A stretch of DNA of 64,000 nt, taken from NCBI RefSeq assembly GCF_009914755.1, contig NC_060932.1; one strand, 5' to 3'. Of this stretch, positions 1 through 16,935 are shown one piece after another. The translations under genes were made by a program, and so were the position numbers. Below the pieces are notes generated by a model. It was not told the origin of the DNA, did not search any database, and saw only the letters and a program-made list of their open reading frames with translations. The DNA is from the human T2T-CHM13v2.0 reference genome, Homo sapiens. Numbering within the stretch: the first letter of the stretch is position 1; each line of letters begins with the position of its first letter.

Positions 1-101
1 GGTGGATTACTTGAGCCTACAAGGTCGAAGCTGCAGTGAGCCGTGATCGCACCACGGCACTCCAGCCTGGGTAATAGAGCGAGACTATGTCTCGAAAAAA
101 A
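1..101 (+). mobile_element. Alu 3' part (AluJ/FRAM-like), cut by window edge
   Basis: GCTGCAGTGAGCCGTGATCGCACCACGGCACTCCAGCCTGGG followed by an A tail. Confidence 0.9.
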
Positions 102-383
102 GACAGAATATGTCATTTCATCATGGATTTAGGAAGAAAGCCACCAAGAAAGGTGAGACTACCTTTATGAATAACAATTATCTGTAAATAGGGAGGGAAA
201 TAAAAAAATGATATCCTTCTTTCATTGTTATTCTTGGAAACATTTTACATTTATAGGCATGATAGGATAAAATGTATTGATATTTTACTGATCACAGCAC
301 ACCACATTGGCTGGCCTCTAATTGTCAGTAACAGGTTAGGGAGATTATGTCTGTAAATACTGCATAGGAGGTCTAGATACAAG

Positions 384-1955
<1,572 letters not shown>

Positions 1956-2149
1956 AAAGTAAAAAGATAGCCTGTGATTATGTTAAAGATAGCAATAGTA
2001 AGTGGTACTATACAGAGGAAATATATTTAAAAGATAATTTTCCTGGAAAGAGGCAAGAATTACCAAATGGCTATTGGAATCAGTAGTTGCAATTAGCATC
2101 GATTTCTTCATCAGATCAAAGTTTCAGTCCATTTTCTTTTGCAAAAGGC

Positions 2150-2255
2150 AAAGTCCCCAGTTTCATGATCTATACATTTGTAATAATAATAGCTCCACCT
2201 AACCTGTGGAGCTATTGTGAGGATTAAATGCATGTGAAGTAATGGTACATAGCGA
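2150..2255 (+). mobile_element. MIR fragment
   Basis: CAGTTTCATGATCTAT...AATAATAATAG...GCTATTGTGAGGATTAAATG MIR core-like. Confidence 0.65.
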
Positions 2256-2261
2256 ATAAAA

Positions 2262-2390
2262 ACCATCATGACAGACACAGAAACCAGAAGAAAGGAAAAA
2301 GTCTTATGCTTTAGTACTTTTGCTGACACTTCTTTTCTGCTGTTTGAACAAGTAGCCCCACGTTTCCATTTTGCACTGAGACCCACGAGT
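2262..2390. mobile_element. MER91-like hAT DNA transposon fragment
   Basis: TTTGAACAAGTAGCCCCACGTTTCCATTTTGCACTGAGACCC resembles the MER91 terminal region (from memory). Confidence 0.55.
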
Positions 2391-2877
2391 CCCGCTCATA
2401 TCCACTCTTTCTCTTTCATTGCCATTGCCACTCTCCCTGCACCCGCGTCTTTGTAGCAGGTTTCTACCTGGCCTCCCTGTCACCACATTCTTCCTTATCT
2501 CCATGGTGTACATCATTTGTCATTTGCCATTAATATAAGTGGATATTATTATTATAACTACTAGTAGGACTTTCAATAATGATAAAATAAGTAGCATTAA
2601 TAACGTGAGTTGCCAAGAATAACTATGACTTATGTGAATGACTACTATAGTGAAAATAAGTTAAATGTTATGGTGCTAATGTGCTAATGCAGGGTTTAGA
2701 ATGAATTTCTGTGCAAATTTATAAGTATACGTAAAAATGTACAAGTGAAGAGTATTCTGAATAAAAGCACCAATATTAAATTCATGACATGTGCCCTCAA
2801 AGTGCTTTGGATGTTGCTTGGGTGTTAGGCCTCTTAAATCAAGATATAAACCAAGAAGATAACTTGAGATCCAAGGA

Positions 2878-3148
2878 GAGCCAGTGCAATATGGTAAGAA
2901 ACAGACTTCAGGATAGGAAAGGTTAGTGCTTAAATCCCCTGCTCCACCAGTACCACATGATGACCTTGGAGGAATTGCTTAACCTCTGAATGTCAATTCT
3001 TTCTTAAATTTTTTTTCCAAAAAAAAACTTCCTAAAAATTCCTACCATCTCCTTCATAGAGCTATTTTAAGTGCTGTGTTAGATAACACATGCAAATTTA
3101 CAAATATGTTGCCTGGGAAAGAGAAAATGCAATAAACTGTAGTTATTA
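2878..3148 (+). mobile_element. MIR (near full length)
   Basis: TGACCTTGGAGGAATTGCTTAACCTCTG core; 3' end TGCCTGGGAAAGAGAAAATGCAATAAACTGTAGTTATTA. Confidence 0.75.
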
Positions 3149-3589
3149 CCACAGCAACAATGATGTAAAAAATAACTGGTAAATTTTTGACATTTTCCTG
3201 GATGTTGGGATATTAGACCATCCGTATAAAATCATATTTTTAAAACAGCTTAGCAAAGAAAAGGTTTTTGCAAGATGATAGATCTTTACGTGCAAGAAGG
3301 AATGTATGTCACATCTCTGGATTATGAACAAAGATCCTGGAAATGGAATTTGATGACAGCATGCTATTGAAACTATAAGTGGAATTTTCTTTCCTTTCCC
3401 TTTCTAAAATACCTAGTCATTTCAGTGAATCCACCAATCTGGACAACTTATTAATTCAATGTAGCAATGGGTATATATATGTGAGGAAGGGGTATATATA
3501 AGTTTACATGTGTGTTTGTGAGCAATAGTATTTCTCCATTTGGCCCTTTCCCCTTCCCCTGATGATTCTCCACTCTTCTCTGTCTCATC

Positions 3590-4010
3590 AGGGATGCCTG
3601 AATTCAGCTCCAAGTACCATATGCCTGAGCTTCTTTCCCTCTAGTTTTCATTTGGTTCAGCCAGTGGTCTCCCATGGCAGGAGGTGGAAGAGTGGGAGAA
3701 GAGTGAGGTTGAAGTATTTATTTTCTCCCACCCTTCTCTTCCTACAGACATTCTCTTTGGTCTGTTTAGCTGTGGCTACTTTCCTTTACTTATGGACACA
3801 ACTCCCATTAGTCTCATTCCTACTGTAACAGATATCACCAAGTTCAAATAGCACAGATTTTCATTTTGCCCCTTCAGGACTAAGGTGGTTAATGACTTTC
3901 TTCTGTTGCTGGTCCCTGGGTTCCCTATACTCTGCACTGGTAATTTGTCCCTTTGAAGACTATTTATACCCTGAATCTGTCATCTGTTTTCTACTAGGTC
4001 CCTAACTGTT
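3590..4010 (+). mobile_element. LTR33/LTR16-like ERVL solo LTR remnant
   Basis: GGAGAAGAGTGAGGTTGAAGTATTTATT, TTGCCCCTTCAGGACTAAGG and terminal CATCTGTTTTCTACTAGGTCCCTAACTG. Confidence 0.6.
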
Positions 4011-4261
4011 AAAAGTGTTTGTGTGTGTTTATTTGTGTGTATTTCACAAAGAAAGAGAGGGGAAAAGGATGATAATTAACTTATCTGTAACCAGTCGAAG
4101 TCTGTGGCCTTTTGAGACTTGCATTAATCACTTCTTACCAATATGTCACATTGCAAAGACTATCAGAAATAACAGGGAAGAAAGAAATATAAAAAAAGAG
4201 GGAAAAAAACAGAAAAAGGAAGGGAAAATGTCTTACATTTTAATTAAATAAAAAAAACCGC

Positions 4262-4395
4262 TCACTATTTGACTTTTTTTTGAGTTGCAGAAATTCTTTA
4301 TATATGTTTTAGATATATGCTGGATACAAACTCTTGGTAAGATATATATTTTGTAAATACTTTCTCCAAGTGTATAGTTTGTCTAGTCATTTACT
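4262..4395 (-). mobile_element. Old L1M fragment
   Basis: TTCTTTATATAT...CTGGATACAAACTCTTGGTAAGATATAT...AAATACTTTCTCC antisense L1 ORF2 3' region. Confidence 0.6.
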
Positions 4396-5240
4396 ATTAT
4401 TTTACTTTATTCAAGGGGTACTTGTGCAGGTTTGTGACATGGGTATATTGTGTGATGCTGAGGTTTGGGCTTCTAATGATACTGTTGTCCATGTGGTGAA
4501 CATAGTACCTGACAGGTAGTTTTTCAATCCTTGCCTCCTCCCTTCTTCCCCACTTTTGGAATCCCCAGTGTTTATTATTCCCATCTTGGTGACCATGTGT
4601 ACCCAAAGTTTAGCTCCTACTTATAAATGAGAACATCTGATATTTAGTTTTCTGTTCCTGTGTTCACTTAGGATAATAGCCTCCAGCTGTATCCATGCTG
4701 CTGCAAAGGACACGATTTCATATTTTTATGGCTGCATAGTATTCCATGGCATATATGTACTACATTTCTTTTATCCAGTCCATTGTTGATAGTCACCTAG
4801 GTCCATGTCTTTGCTGTTGTGTATAGTGCTGCAATGACCATGGGAGTACCTGTGTCTTTTTGAGAGAACAAATTATTTTCCTTTGGGTATATACCCAGTA
4901 ATCGCACTGCTAAATCAAATGGTAATTCTATTTTTAGTTTTATGAGAACTCTCTGACGAACTGCTTTTCACAGGAGCTGAACTAATTTTTATTCCCATCA
5001 GCAGTGTACAAGTGTTCCTTCTTCTTCATAACCTTGCTAACATCTCTTATTTTTTGACAGATGTTGAAAAATAATAGCCATTCTGACTGATGTGAGATGA
5101 TATCTCACTGTGGTTTTGATTTGCATCTCTCTGATGATTAATGATGCTGAGCATTTTTTCATGTTTGTTGACTGCTTGTATGCCTTCTTTTGAGAAGTGT
5201 CATTTCATATTCTTTCCACAATTTTGATGGGGTTATTTGA
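4396..5240 (-). mobile_element. L1 3' end (L1PA16/17- or L1PB-like), antisense
   Basis: GTGCAGGTTTGTGACATGGGTATATTGTGTGATGCTGAGGTTTGGG; GGGTATATACCCAGTAAT; ATAGCCATTCTGACTGATGTGAGATG. Confidence 0.88.
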
Positions 5241-6293
5241 AAAAAACACTTACAATTCTAATAATGGGATCATTAATAGTTAAAGCAACAATATAAAGAT
5301 GTTAGATTGGAAAAATACTAGGTCTGTTCATTGTCAGAGAGGTCTCCAGAAGAAATGGTGAATTGCTATCTTTTTCAAGAGATTTTTCAGTAGCAAACAG
5401 CATCTTAAAAAAAAAAACAAACCAAACAGTTAATCTTTCCCATGATTTTCAATCTTTCCGTGATTGAAGAATTGTGAATGAGAACAGTAGTAATCTTTAG
5501 TCATTTAACTTCTGGAAACAGTAGGAAAAATCTGGATATAACTCTTCAGGTCAAGGTGGTCTCTATTTGTTTTGAAATACATTAACTCACACAACTGAGC
5601 TCAGATTAATAAGTGATTTCTAAATAGTAGAGGCTCCATTTGTTAAGAGGATCATGGAAACAAAAAGTATGTTTAATACATTTCACCTATACCCTGCTGC
5701 CAGAAGCTGATTAGAAAAACCTAAATGATAATATAAATACAAACGAAGAAGTAAGCATACCTTGCCTATCCACATCACATCTCATGAGGGAAAATGTATA
5801 TTCTGTGTAAGAATACTTTCTTGGAAGAACAGACTAAGAAAATTTATATAAACAGAATCAGATTTTCCTTTCAAGACACTATAAAAGAAGGTTGATTTAC
5901 ATAAAATATTTTTGGTCCAAGATAAAAAAGATATTTTAGAATACAGACTTAGAATATAGCAATAAATGCTATGCAGAGATTATTTTTCCTTAAGTCTAAA
6001 TGTTTTGTATGGGTAAATGGGACTGTGGGTTTGTGAGATTTTTCATGACCAAATTTCAAGTCTTTCTCTGTGCCAAGTAAATGATCCCTAGCCTAGGAAT
6101 ATTTCTGCTTGAAAAGTTCATTTTAAGCGATATTTTCTAAGATGTGAACCCTACTTAGTCCTGGATAAGGCTATACAGTGACTACTGATTTGTTTTTGTT
6201 TCATCTTTGATAAAGACTGATTTAGAAAAGTGGAAAAGATATCATTAAAAGGAGAGATAAATTTGTTACAAAAGACGCTTTGTTGCATAGAAT

Positions 6294-6296
<3 letters not shown>

Positions 6297-6328
<32 letters not shown>
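6297..6328. repeat. (TC)16 microsatellite
   Basis: Direct reading. Confidence 0.95.
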
Positions 6329-6331
<3 letters not shown>

Positions 6332-7183
6332 ATGAGTAGGAAGGTAAAATTTGGTTTCAAACACCTCTTTCTCTCCTTAATAGTCCACAAGGATTTAGCC
6401 TCTAAATTTCTGTTGATGAAATTTTAGCTGTACCAAATTTTAATGGAAATGGAGTCTTCAATATGACACTTGATTAACTATTTTTCCCAAAGCTTTGTCT
6501 TTCAGTCTTGGTAGAGTTTGGAGGAGAAGAGTTTACCAGTGTTGAAGTACATTAGAATTTGGAAAGTCAACAGTCACCATACCTATCTCCTTTATGATTT
6601 TATAGATTTCTATTACATTCCTTTTGGCTTTCACTTGTCTAATTAGAAATTATTCATTTTTTAAAAATATAAATTTTGCAGAATAATTTTTATCATTCAC
6701 TTGAAGATTTTATTTGATCTTCTCTTTATTCAATTTATTAACACCCTACTTATACAGCATTATAGGGTGTTTTATGTTTGTCTCTGATTATTACAATTTT
6801 TGAAGAGTTAGATTTCTGCTTGGTTGTCTTTTTCTGATTAGAAGAATATTTACTTATGAGATATTTTTTACCATGTATTAATTGAACATTATGTGCTATG
6901 TATATTTTTAATATATTGAAAATTTCCATAATATAATAATATATATTTTATATTATAATCCATTAAAAGTCAGAAAGTATTCTTATTTAGCTCTAAATAT
7001 ACAATTTTTGCAAGTATATATTTTTATCTACATGTTTAATAGTTTTTTTGGATGGTAATACTGTATTGTAATGTGGATATGAAAGTATATTTCTACAACT
7101 GAAAGGAACAAATTTGAAGACATTTTCTACAATGATTCAGTTAAAATTTACCTCTAGTTAGATTGTTTTAAAAAGTCTCTTGC

Positions 7184-7265
7184 GCACACCAACATGGCAC
7201 ATGTATGTATATGTAACAAACCTGCACGTTGTGCACATGTACCCTAAAACTTAAAGTATAATAAA
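7184..7265 (+). mobile_element. ~80-bp extremely 5'-truncated L1PA (PA3-5-like) insertion
   Basis: GCACACCAACATGGCACATG...GTACCCTAAAACTTAAAGTATAATAAA; TSD AAAAAGTCTCTTGC at 7170-7183 and 7266-7279. Confidence 0.93.
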
Positions 7266-7983
7266 AAAAAGTCTCTTGCATATTTCTTCAGTTTTGTCTG
7301 TGTAAACATAGCCTCAGTTTAAGAATTTTGGTCCTACTTTTCCTTCACTTTTCATAATGTATATACAAGCAGCACTACAAAGAAGTTACAAAAATATTTT
7401 CTTCTTATGTGCCTAATAAAAAGTAGAAATAATCCCAAGAGTCTGATTTTCAGAGCCCGTGTTACAAGGTGCTTTTTCTTATTTGAACATAAATTAGATT
7501 GTGTGTGTAAAATTTTTCTAAACTTCTATTTCATTCCTTTTTGTTACCTTGAAAATGTTTGTTTGTTTTTACAATTTCAGGTACTTTAAGCCTAGTTACC
7601 AAATGATATGAGATTTTCCTAAAATTTATTATATTTACGAACTCCATATCTTGAAGATATAGAAAACCAACCTTATAGGCACTTTAAAAAGGAGTTGCTT
7701 TATCACAGCCTTTAAAGAAGAAACTTTTCATTTTTAGAAGATTGAGAACATAGCAACCACTTGAAATATTTCAGTTTACTCTCATTATATTATTTTTCAT
7801 TTAATTCACATAAAATTATAATTCTAAAATTATTTTAATTTGATGCTCAGTTATATTATATTTAACAATCTGTAGTATGTTTTAATTCATATTGGATAAA
7901 TCATGTAATCTTAATTTTATTTATCTTATAACATTTTCATTAAAAATAATACTCATTAATTGTAGAAAATTTGGAAATAAAGG

Positions 7984-8523
7984 TTACTGGGAAAAATATA
8001 TAAAAGGTTGATAACATTTTAATTCCTGGGTATACTTGTTAACTTTCTGTCTCGTTGATCTGTCTAACGTTGACAGTGGGGTGTTAAAGTCTCCCATTAT
8101 TATTGTGTGGGAGTCTAAGTCTCTTTGTAGGTCACTCAGGACTTGCTTTATGAATCTGGGTGCTCCTGTATTGGGTGCATATATATTTAGGATAGTTAGC
8201 TCTTCTTGTTGAATTGATCCCTTTACCATTATGTAATGGCCTTCTTTGTCTCTTTTGATCTTTTTTGGTTTAAAGTCTGTTTTATCAGAGACTAGGATTG
8301 CAACCCCTGCCTTTTTTTGTTTTCCATTGGCTTGGTAGATCTTCCTCCATCCTTTTATTTTGAGCCTATGTGTGTCTCTGCACATGAGATGGGTTTCCTG
8401 AATACAGCACACTGATGGGTCTTGACTCTTTATCCAATTTGCCAGTCTGTGTCTTTTAATTGGAGCATTTAGTCCATTTACATTTAAAGTTAATATTGTT
8501 ATGTGTGAATTTGATCCTGTCAT
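7984..8523 (-). pseudogene. L1 ORF2 endonuclease N-terminal ~168 aa, reading into flanking DNA
   Basis: MTGSNSHITILTLNVNGLN...CCIQETH...GDFNTPL; truncated before catalytic D205/H230. Confidence 0.92.
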
Positions 8524-8586
8524 GATGATGTTAGCTGGTTATTTTGCTCGTCAGTTGGTGCAGTTTGTTCCTAGTCTCGATGGTCT

Positions 8587-11638
<3,052 letters not shown>

Positions 11639-13574
11639 ACAATGAGAACACATGGACACAGGAAGGGGAACATCACACTCTGGGGACTGTTGTGGGGTTG
11701 GGGGAGGGGGGAGGGATAGCATTAGGAGATACACCTAATGCTAAATGATGAGTTAATGGGTATAGCACACCAGCATGGCACATGTATACATATGCAACTA
11801 ACCTGCACATTGTGCACATGTACCCTAAAACTTAAAGCATAATAAAAATAAAAATTGAAAAAAAAAGTTGATAACATTTTAAAGTGATTAATAAAGTGAA
11901 CATTTATTTTAAAGAAAAATGTTTATGTAATGGATAATAGATGGATGCAGATCCAGGCTTTTTAAGATAAATGGACATGACCAGGTTAAGAACACAGGTG
12001 GCCTTTTTGATTTTCCATTTTTCTAATGTGTCTTATAATGGCAATTAAACAAACTAAAATGTTTTAGTGTTGGTTTGATGCAACCATAATTAAGTAAACT
12101 CCATTTAAGAAAGCTTATATAATTAAAGAAAAGATCTTTTAAAAACCTTTATTATGTTAGCAAAGAAATCATGGGCTTTACTGGTTCAACAACTTTGATA
12201 TTCTAACTCATGGAAAATTCTACATTATATCATTTGTAGACCATTATGCAAATGAAAGTAAATCTTTTGTAGTAGGTTCTTAGAAAGCAGATGAGGACAA
12301 GTATTGAACAGGAAAATTAAAAAAACAAATCCATTCACTTATCTAATAAAAGAAATAATAGAGCATCTCTTATGTTGTAGATTTTGGTGGATTTGTGCTC
12401 AAGTTTAAAGCTTCATTCAAACAACAAAAAATTCAAAGTCAATTCTAATATGATACATAAAAAGAAGAAAGTAATTCACAGCTAAACTTAATATGAAACA
12501 ATGGAAGACTGCTATGAAGACTCCCATCTATTAATATTATAAGGATAAATTCTAATTTCTGTATATAAAAATGTGTACATAGCTAACAAGATGACTAATA
12601 ACTAATTATTTTTAATTTGCTTATGAGGATTTGCTAGAAAAAAATTAAAGTTAAACTCAAACATAAGTTCAACAAATTTTCTCCACAATAAAGGCAATGA
12701 ACCAAAGAATAAAGCTGTGGTCAGTAACGTATTAATTAATGGGATGATTGTTCAGTACTGAACAATTGTAAATGTTCATTGTAAATGTTCAATATGATAC
12801 TAAAGACAAAATATGAAGATACGATATTCTCTTAAAAACTCAATAAAAGCTATGTAGACAGAAAGTTGTTACGTAGTTACCAGTGTTAATTTCCTCTTTA
12901 ATTCTCTTCACTAGAGAGGAAAGAAATACCTTCTTGAGGGACAAAAAATAACAAGTTAAAAGAATAGCTTTGGTCATCCATAATTATGGCTATCTATAAG
13001 GGATGAATGTTAAATTCTTTAAAAAATGTAAAAATGAATTTTTAATAATTTCCAAATATATTTTGTTGGAACATTGGATGCAGTTCGATACATCATGAAT
13101 TTTCCCTACCAGTCTCATGACTATACTATGAAATGTCAAGCCAAAGAATTACACTGTAAATGTGAACATGTTCAATAGTAGCCCATCTGAGATATGAAAT
13201 CCTTATGATTTTCTTCTTTTACCCTCTTTGATTAGTTTGGAATTGGGGGAGAAAGTTGCTGTTTCTCATTGCCGATTTTAAAAAGTAAAATTCCCTATTT
13301 TGCCAATGGAGGACATTAAGAATAATTGTGTATTTTCTTATTTTTTCTTTCACATCGTGGTTGTGATTTTTTTGTTTTGTTTTATTTTGCTTTGATCTGT
13401 TGCTGTCCATTCAAAAGATTGGTTTTGGTCATTTGTTCTCCAGAGATTCAGGAGAAGCAAAATAATTCTTTAAAAATCTTCATAGGAAATCATATATGCA
13501 TAAACTTTTAGAGTTGGATGCAGACATGCTACAAAGCTAGTCACCAAATATGTAAGTCCTCTCCAAAAGTTTCC

Positions 13575-13810
13575 ATTAATTCATATGGTTGCTCAAAAAC
13601 ACTGATTAAATATTTCAGATGACGTAGATGCTAGTGAATCAGTCAAGATATAACCCCTGTTCTAAATGAGGAGTTTCCAGTCCAATGGAAAGACAGATAG
13701 TTACTGCAAATGTAATAATGTGTAAAAAATGATTAGCATTAGTTCCAGGGTATTATGATGGCATTAAGAAAATTACCTAATCCTCTATGTGTCTGGTGAT
13801 GGGAGGGCTT
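13575..13810 (-). mobile_element. L2 fragment
   Basis: CCCCTGTTCTAAATGAGGAGTTTCCAGTCCAATGGAAAGACAGA, antisense L2 3'-region pattern. Confidence 0.5.
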
Positions 13811-15447
13811 CTGCATTCAGTTTTCAATAGAAATATTTAAGACTATCAATCTTCCTCTCAGCACTACTTCAGCTTTATTACATAATTTCTAAAGCAAGTT
13901 ATTTTCATTGTTATTTTCCAGATGGCTTGCAGTTTATTTTTTATGTATATTTTGACCCAACAGTTCTCAAGTGGTATGTTTTTCTTTTCTAGTTTTGTTA
14001 TTAATTTCTAGTTTTATTTTTTGTGATAAAGTGTATATTGCTTTTACTATTTCTACTTTTCAGAATTTGAGTTTTTGCCTAATAAATGAACAAATTTTAT
14101 TAATATTTCATAGCTGTGTAATAAGTAGGTATTGTCTCTTTTCATGATATAAAGGTTGAACACACAGGGATTCTATGCTACATTATTAACAATGTTTTTT
14201 AGGATTCCTATATTTTTACTTATTTTTGTCCACTTGATATATCAAGGATGAGAGAGGTGAATTCATACTCCTTACTACTGAGACATTTGGCTATTTCTCT
14301 TTATATATCCTATACTTATTGTGTATATATTGTTGCTATGTTATTTAATCATAACTGTAATTCTGAGTTGTGGATTGCACACATTTTGTTATTGAGCATA
14401 CTTCTTTGTATAGTTTATGCTTTTTATATTTGTGTTTCAAATAAAAATGATCAGGATAACTTTTCTTTTTGTTTTCATTTGCCTTGTATGTATTTGTCCA
14501 TCTTTTAAATTTTTACCTCTCTGATTCATTGTAGGAGTCTTTGTGAACCAAACTAATAAGTGGTCTTAGCCATTGATGTAAAAGATATATTTGATGCTAT
14601 GTATTTCATCATATTTTTGTAATTAAATTTTTTTTGTTTTTATTTATTTTTATAACAATTTTTATAACTCTTGCAATATGGCTTGAATTTGTTCTTTGCT
14701 GCTTTCTTTTTTTGTGTAATTTATAATTTGTAATAATTTATTTGTAATTATTATAATTTTTCCCCTAATAGTTACAGTTCTAACCGTACATTTATACAAT
14801 GCAATTAGTTTGCTATTTCTTAGTAATGTCTACTGACTCCTTACTTGTGATTAATAATAGCATTATAATAAAATAATCAAATTATATTTCTACATTTTCC
14901 CACCTTAGCTCTTTCCTTTCCACATTGATTTTCATTAAGAATATTACTTTTCTTTGTTTTTATATTGTATTTTTAATTATTTTCAAACTTCAGGTATAAG
15001 TACTGGGTTTATCTATTTTAAATGACTCTTTCTTGCCCCTCCCCAGCTACAAAAGATATGAAGATCATCTTGATATTAGCTTGATTAGCTTAAGAAATGC
15101 CTTGGTGTTGAATGTGTTATCTTTATTTTTTTTCCCCTGGGATACCTTGTGTGACTTCATAGATTTAAGCCTTTTTAAATTTTGGGGTAATTTTCTTAAA
15201 TACATTTATTTTTCTTTGTTGTTATGTTGAATTTCTTCTTCAATATAAATTTCTTTTCCACATCAATTTTGTATATATTGGGATCGCATTTCTCTTTCAC
15301 GTGTTATGATTTTCTGTCTAATCACTTAACTGTACTTACTTTCTCATTTCGCTTCCTTTTCCTAATCCTGTTTTCCGTGTCCTTTACTGTGTTTGTGGCA
15401 GCATTTACTGCTTTTGTCTGCTTCCCCTGTGGACCTCATTTCTATGA

Positions 15448-15871
<424 letters not shown>

Positions 15872-16133
15872 ATGTTTTGATTTTTTGGAGCTATTTATTC
15901 ATTACATTAAGAAATTCATAGTGATACTTATAATTTTCATTTTGTTCTCATCAATACTTTCTGGTACATTACTCATTTTTCTTGTTCTTTCAGTTTTTAA
16001 ATTTTCTTTTGGTAGGTTAGTAAAGATCTTGTACAAAGTCCTTGCATATGACTACTCATTTTATTTATAGAGGTAGATTGTACTTGGACTACATATTTTC
16101 CAGGGGTTCATACGAGAGAGACCAAGGTATTTT

Positions 16134-16266
16134 TTTTTATTTTATTATTATTATACTTTAAGTTTTAGGGTACATGTGCATAATGTGCAGGTTGGTTACA
16201 TATGTATACATGTGCCATGTTGGTGTGCTGCACCCAGGAACTCGTCATTTAGCATTAGGTATATCT
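16134..16266 (-). mobile_element. ~135-bp 5'-truncated L1PA insertion
   Basis: TTATACTTTAAGTTTTAGGGTACATGTGC...GCATTAGGTATATCTCC; TSD CCAAGGTA(A)TTTT at 16122 and 16267. Confidence 0.92.
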
Positions 16267-16792
16267 CCAAGGTAATTTTGTACGCTGGTAGAGCTTCTCA
16301 CTACATCACATGTGTGTGAGCAAGGTATTTTATGGCCGACTTCTTCCCAGTCATCTAAGATTGGCAGCTTCAAGGTGACTCATGATTCAGTCTCTTTATT
16401 TCAACCTTTCTCAGCAACAGACTCTGCCTCCTGAAGATACAGTCTGCCTGTGCAATTCCTCACTCTTCTGTGCTTCCAGCCTCTCTTTAATGACAAGCCA
16501 TTTTGGAGATGCTCCGACAGTGTTCTATGTGCTCTGTTTTTGTAGCCCCCAGATTTCTCTTACTTTCAGACAGAAGGAGTTGTCTTTCAAGATTATTTTT
16601 CCTCCTTGTTTTTGAGTAATTTCTGAGAAGAGAGGGGGTAAGCACCATTTTAAAGTCAGAAGTCTCGTGTTCACTGTGGACCTTCCTTATCTAAACCTCC
16701 TGCTTCACTTTTTGCAAATCTGATGCCATGATTACTTGTCTACACTTATTGATCCATCAATGTATGCACAGTGTTGTATTGTGAAGCAGTTA

Positions 16793-16845
16793 TTAGGTTG
16801 ATGCAAAAGTAATCGCTGTTTTTGCCATTACTTTTGATGGCAAAA
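16793..16845. mobile_element. MADE1 (Hsmar1 MITE), right TIR missing
   Basis: TA+TTAGGTTGATGCAAAAGTAATCGCTGTTTTTGCCATTACTTTTGATGGCAAAA. Confidence 0.88.
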
Positions 16846-16935
16846 TGTAAACCTTTAGAGTGTTTACAGCTGTGCCTGGAACAGTAGATATTTGACAAAT
16901 GTAGCTATCATCATCATCAACAACAACATCATCAT
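16846..16935 (+). mobile_element. MIR 3' end
   Basis: ACAGCTGTGCCTGGAACAGTAGATATTTGACAAATGTAGCTATCATCATC. Confidence 0.6.

Noticed and set aside
11682-11714. G-quadruplex motif
   Set aside because: Standard, well-known G-rich tract of the L1PA 3'UTR
13444-13551. AG...GTAAGT-bounded 108-nt exon candidate
   Set aside because: Stops in all three frames and no other support
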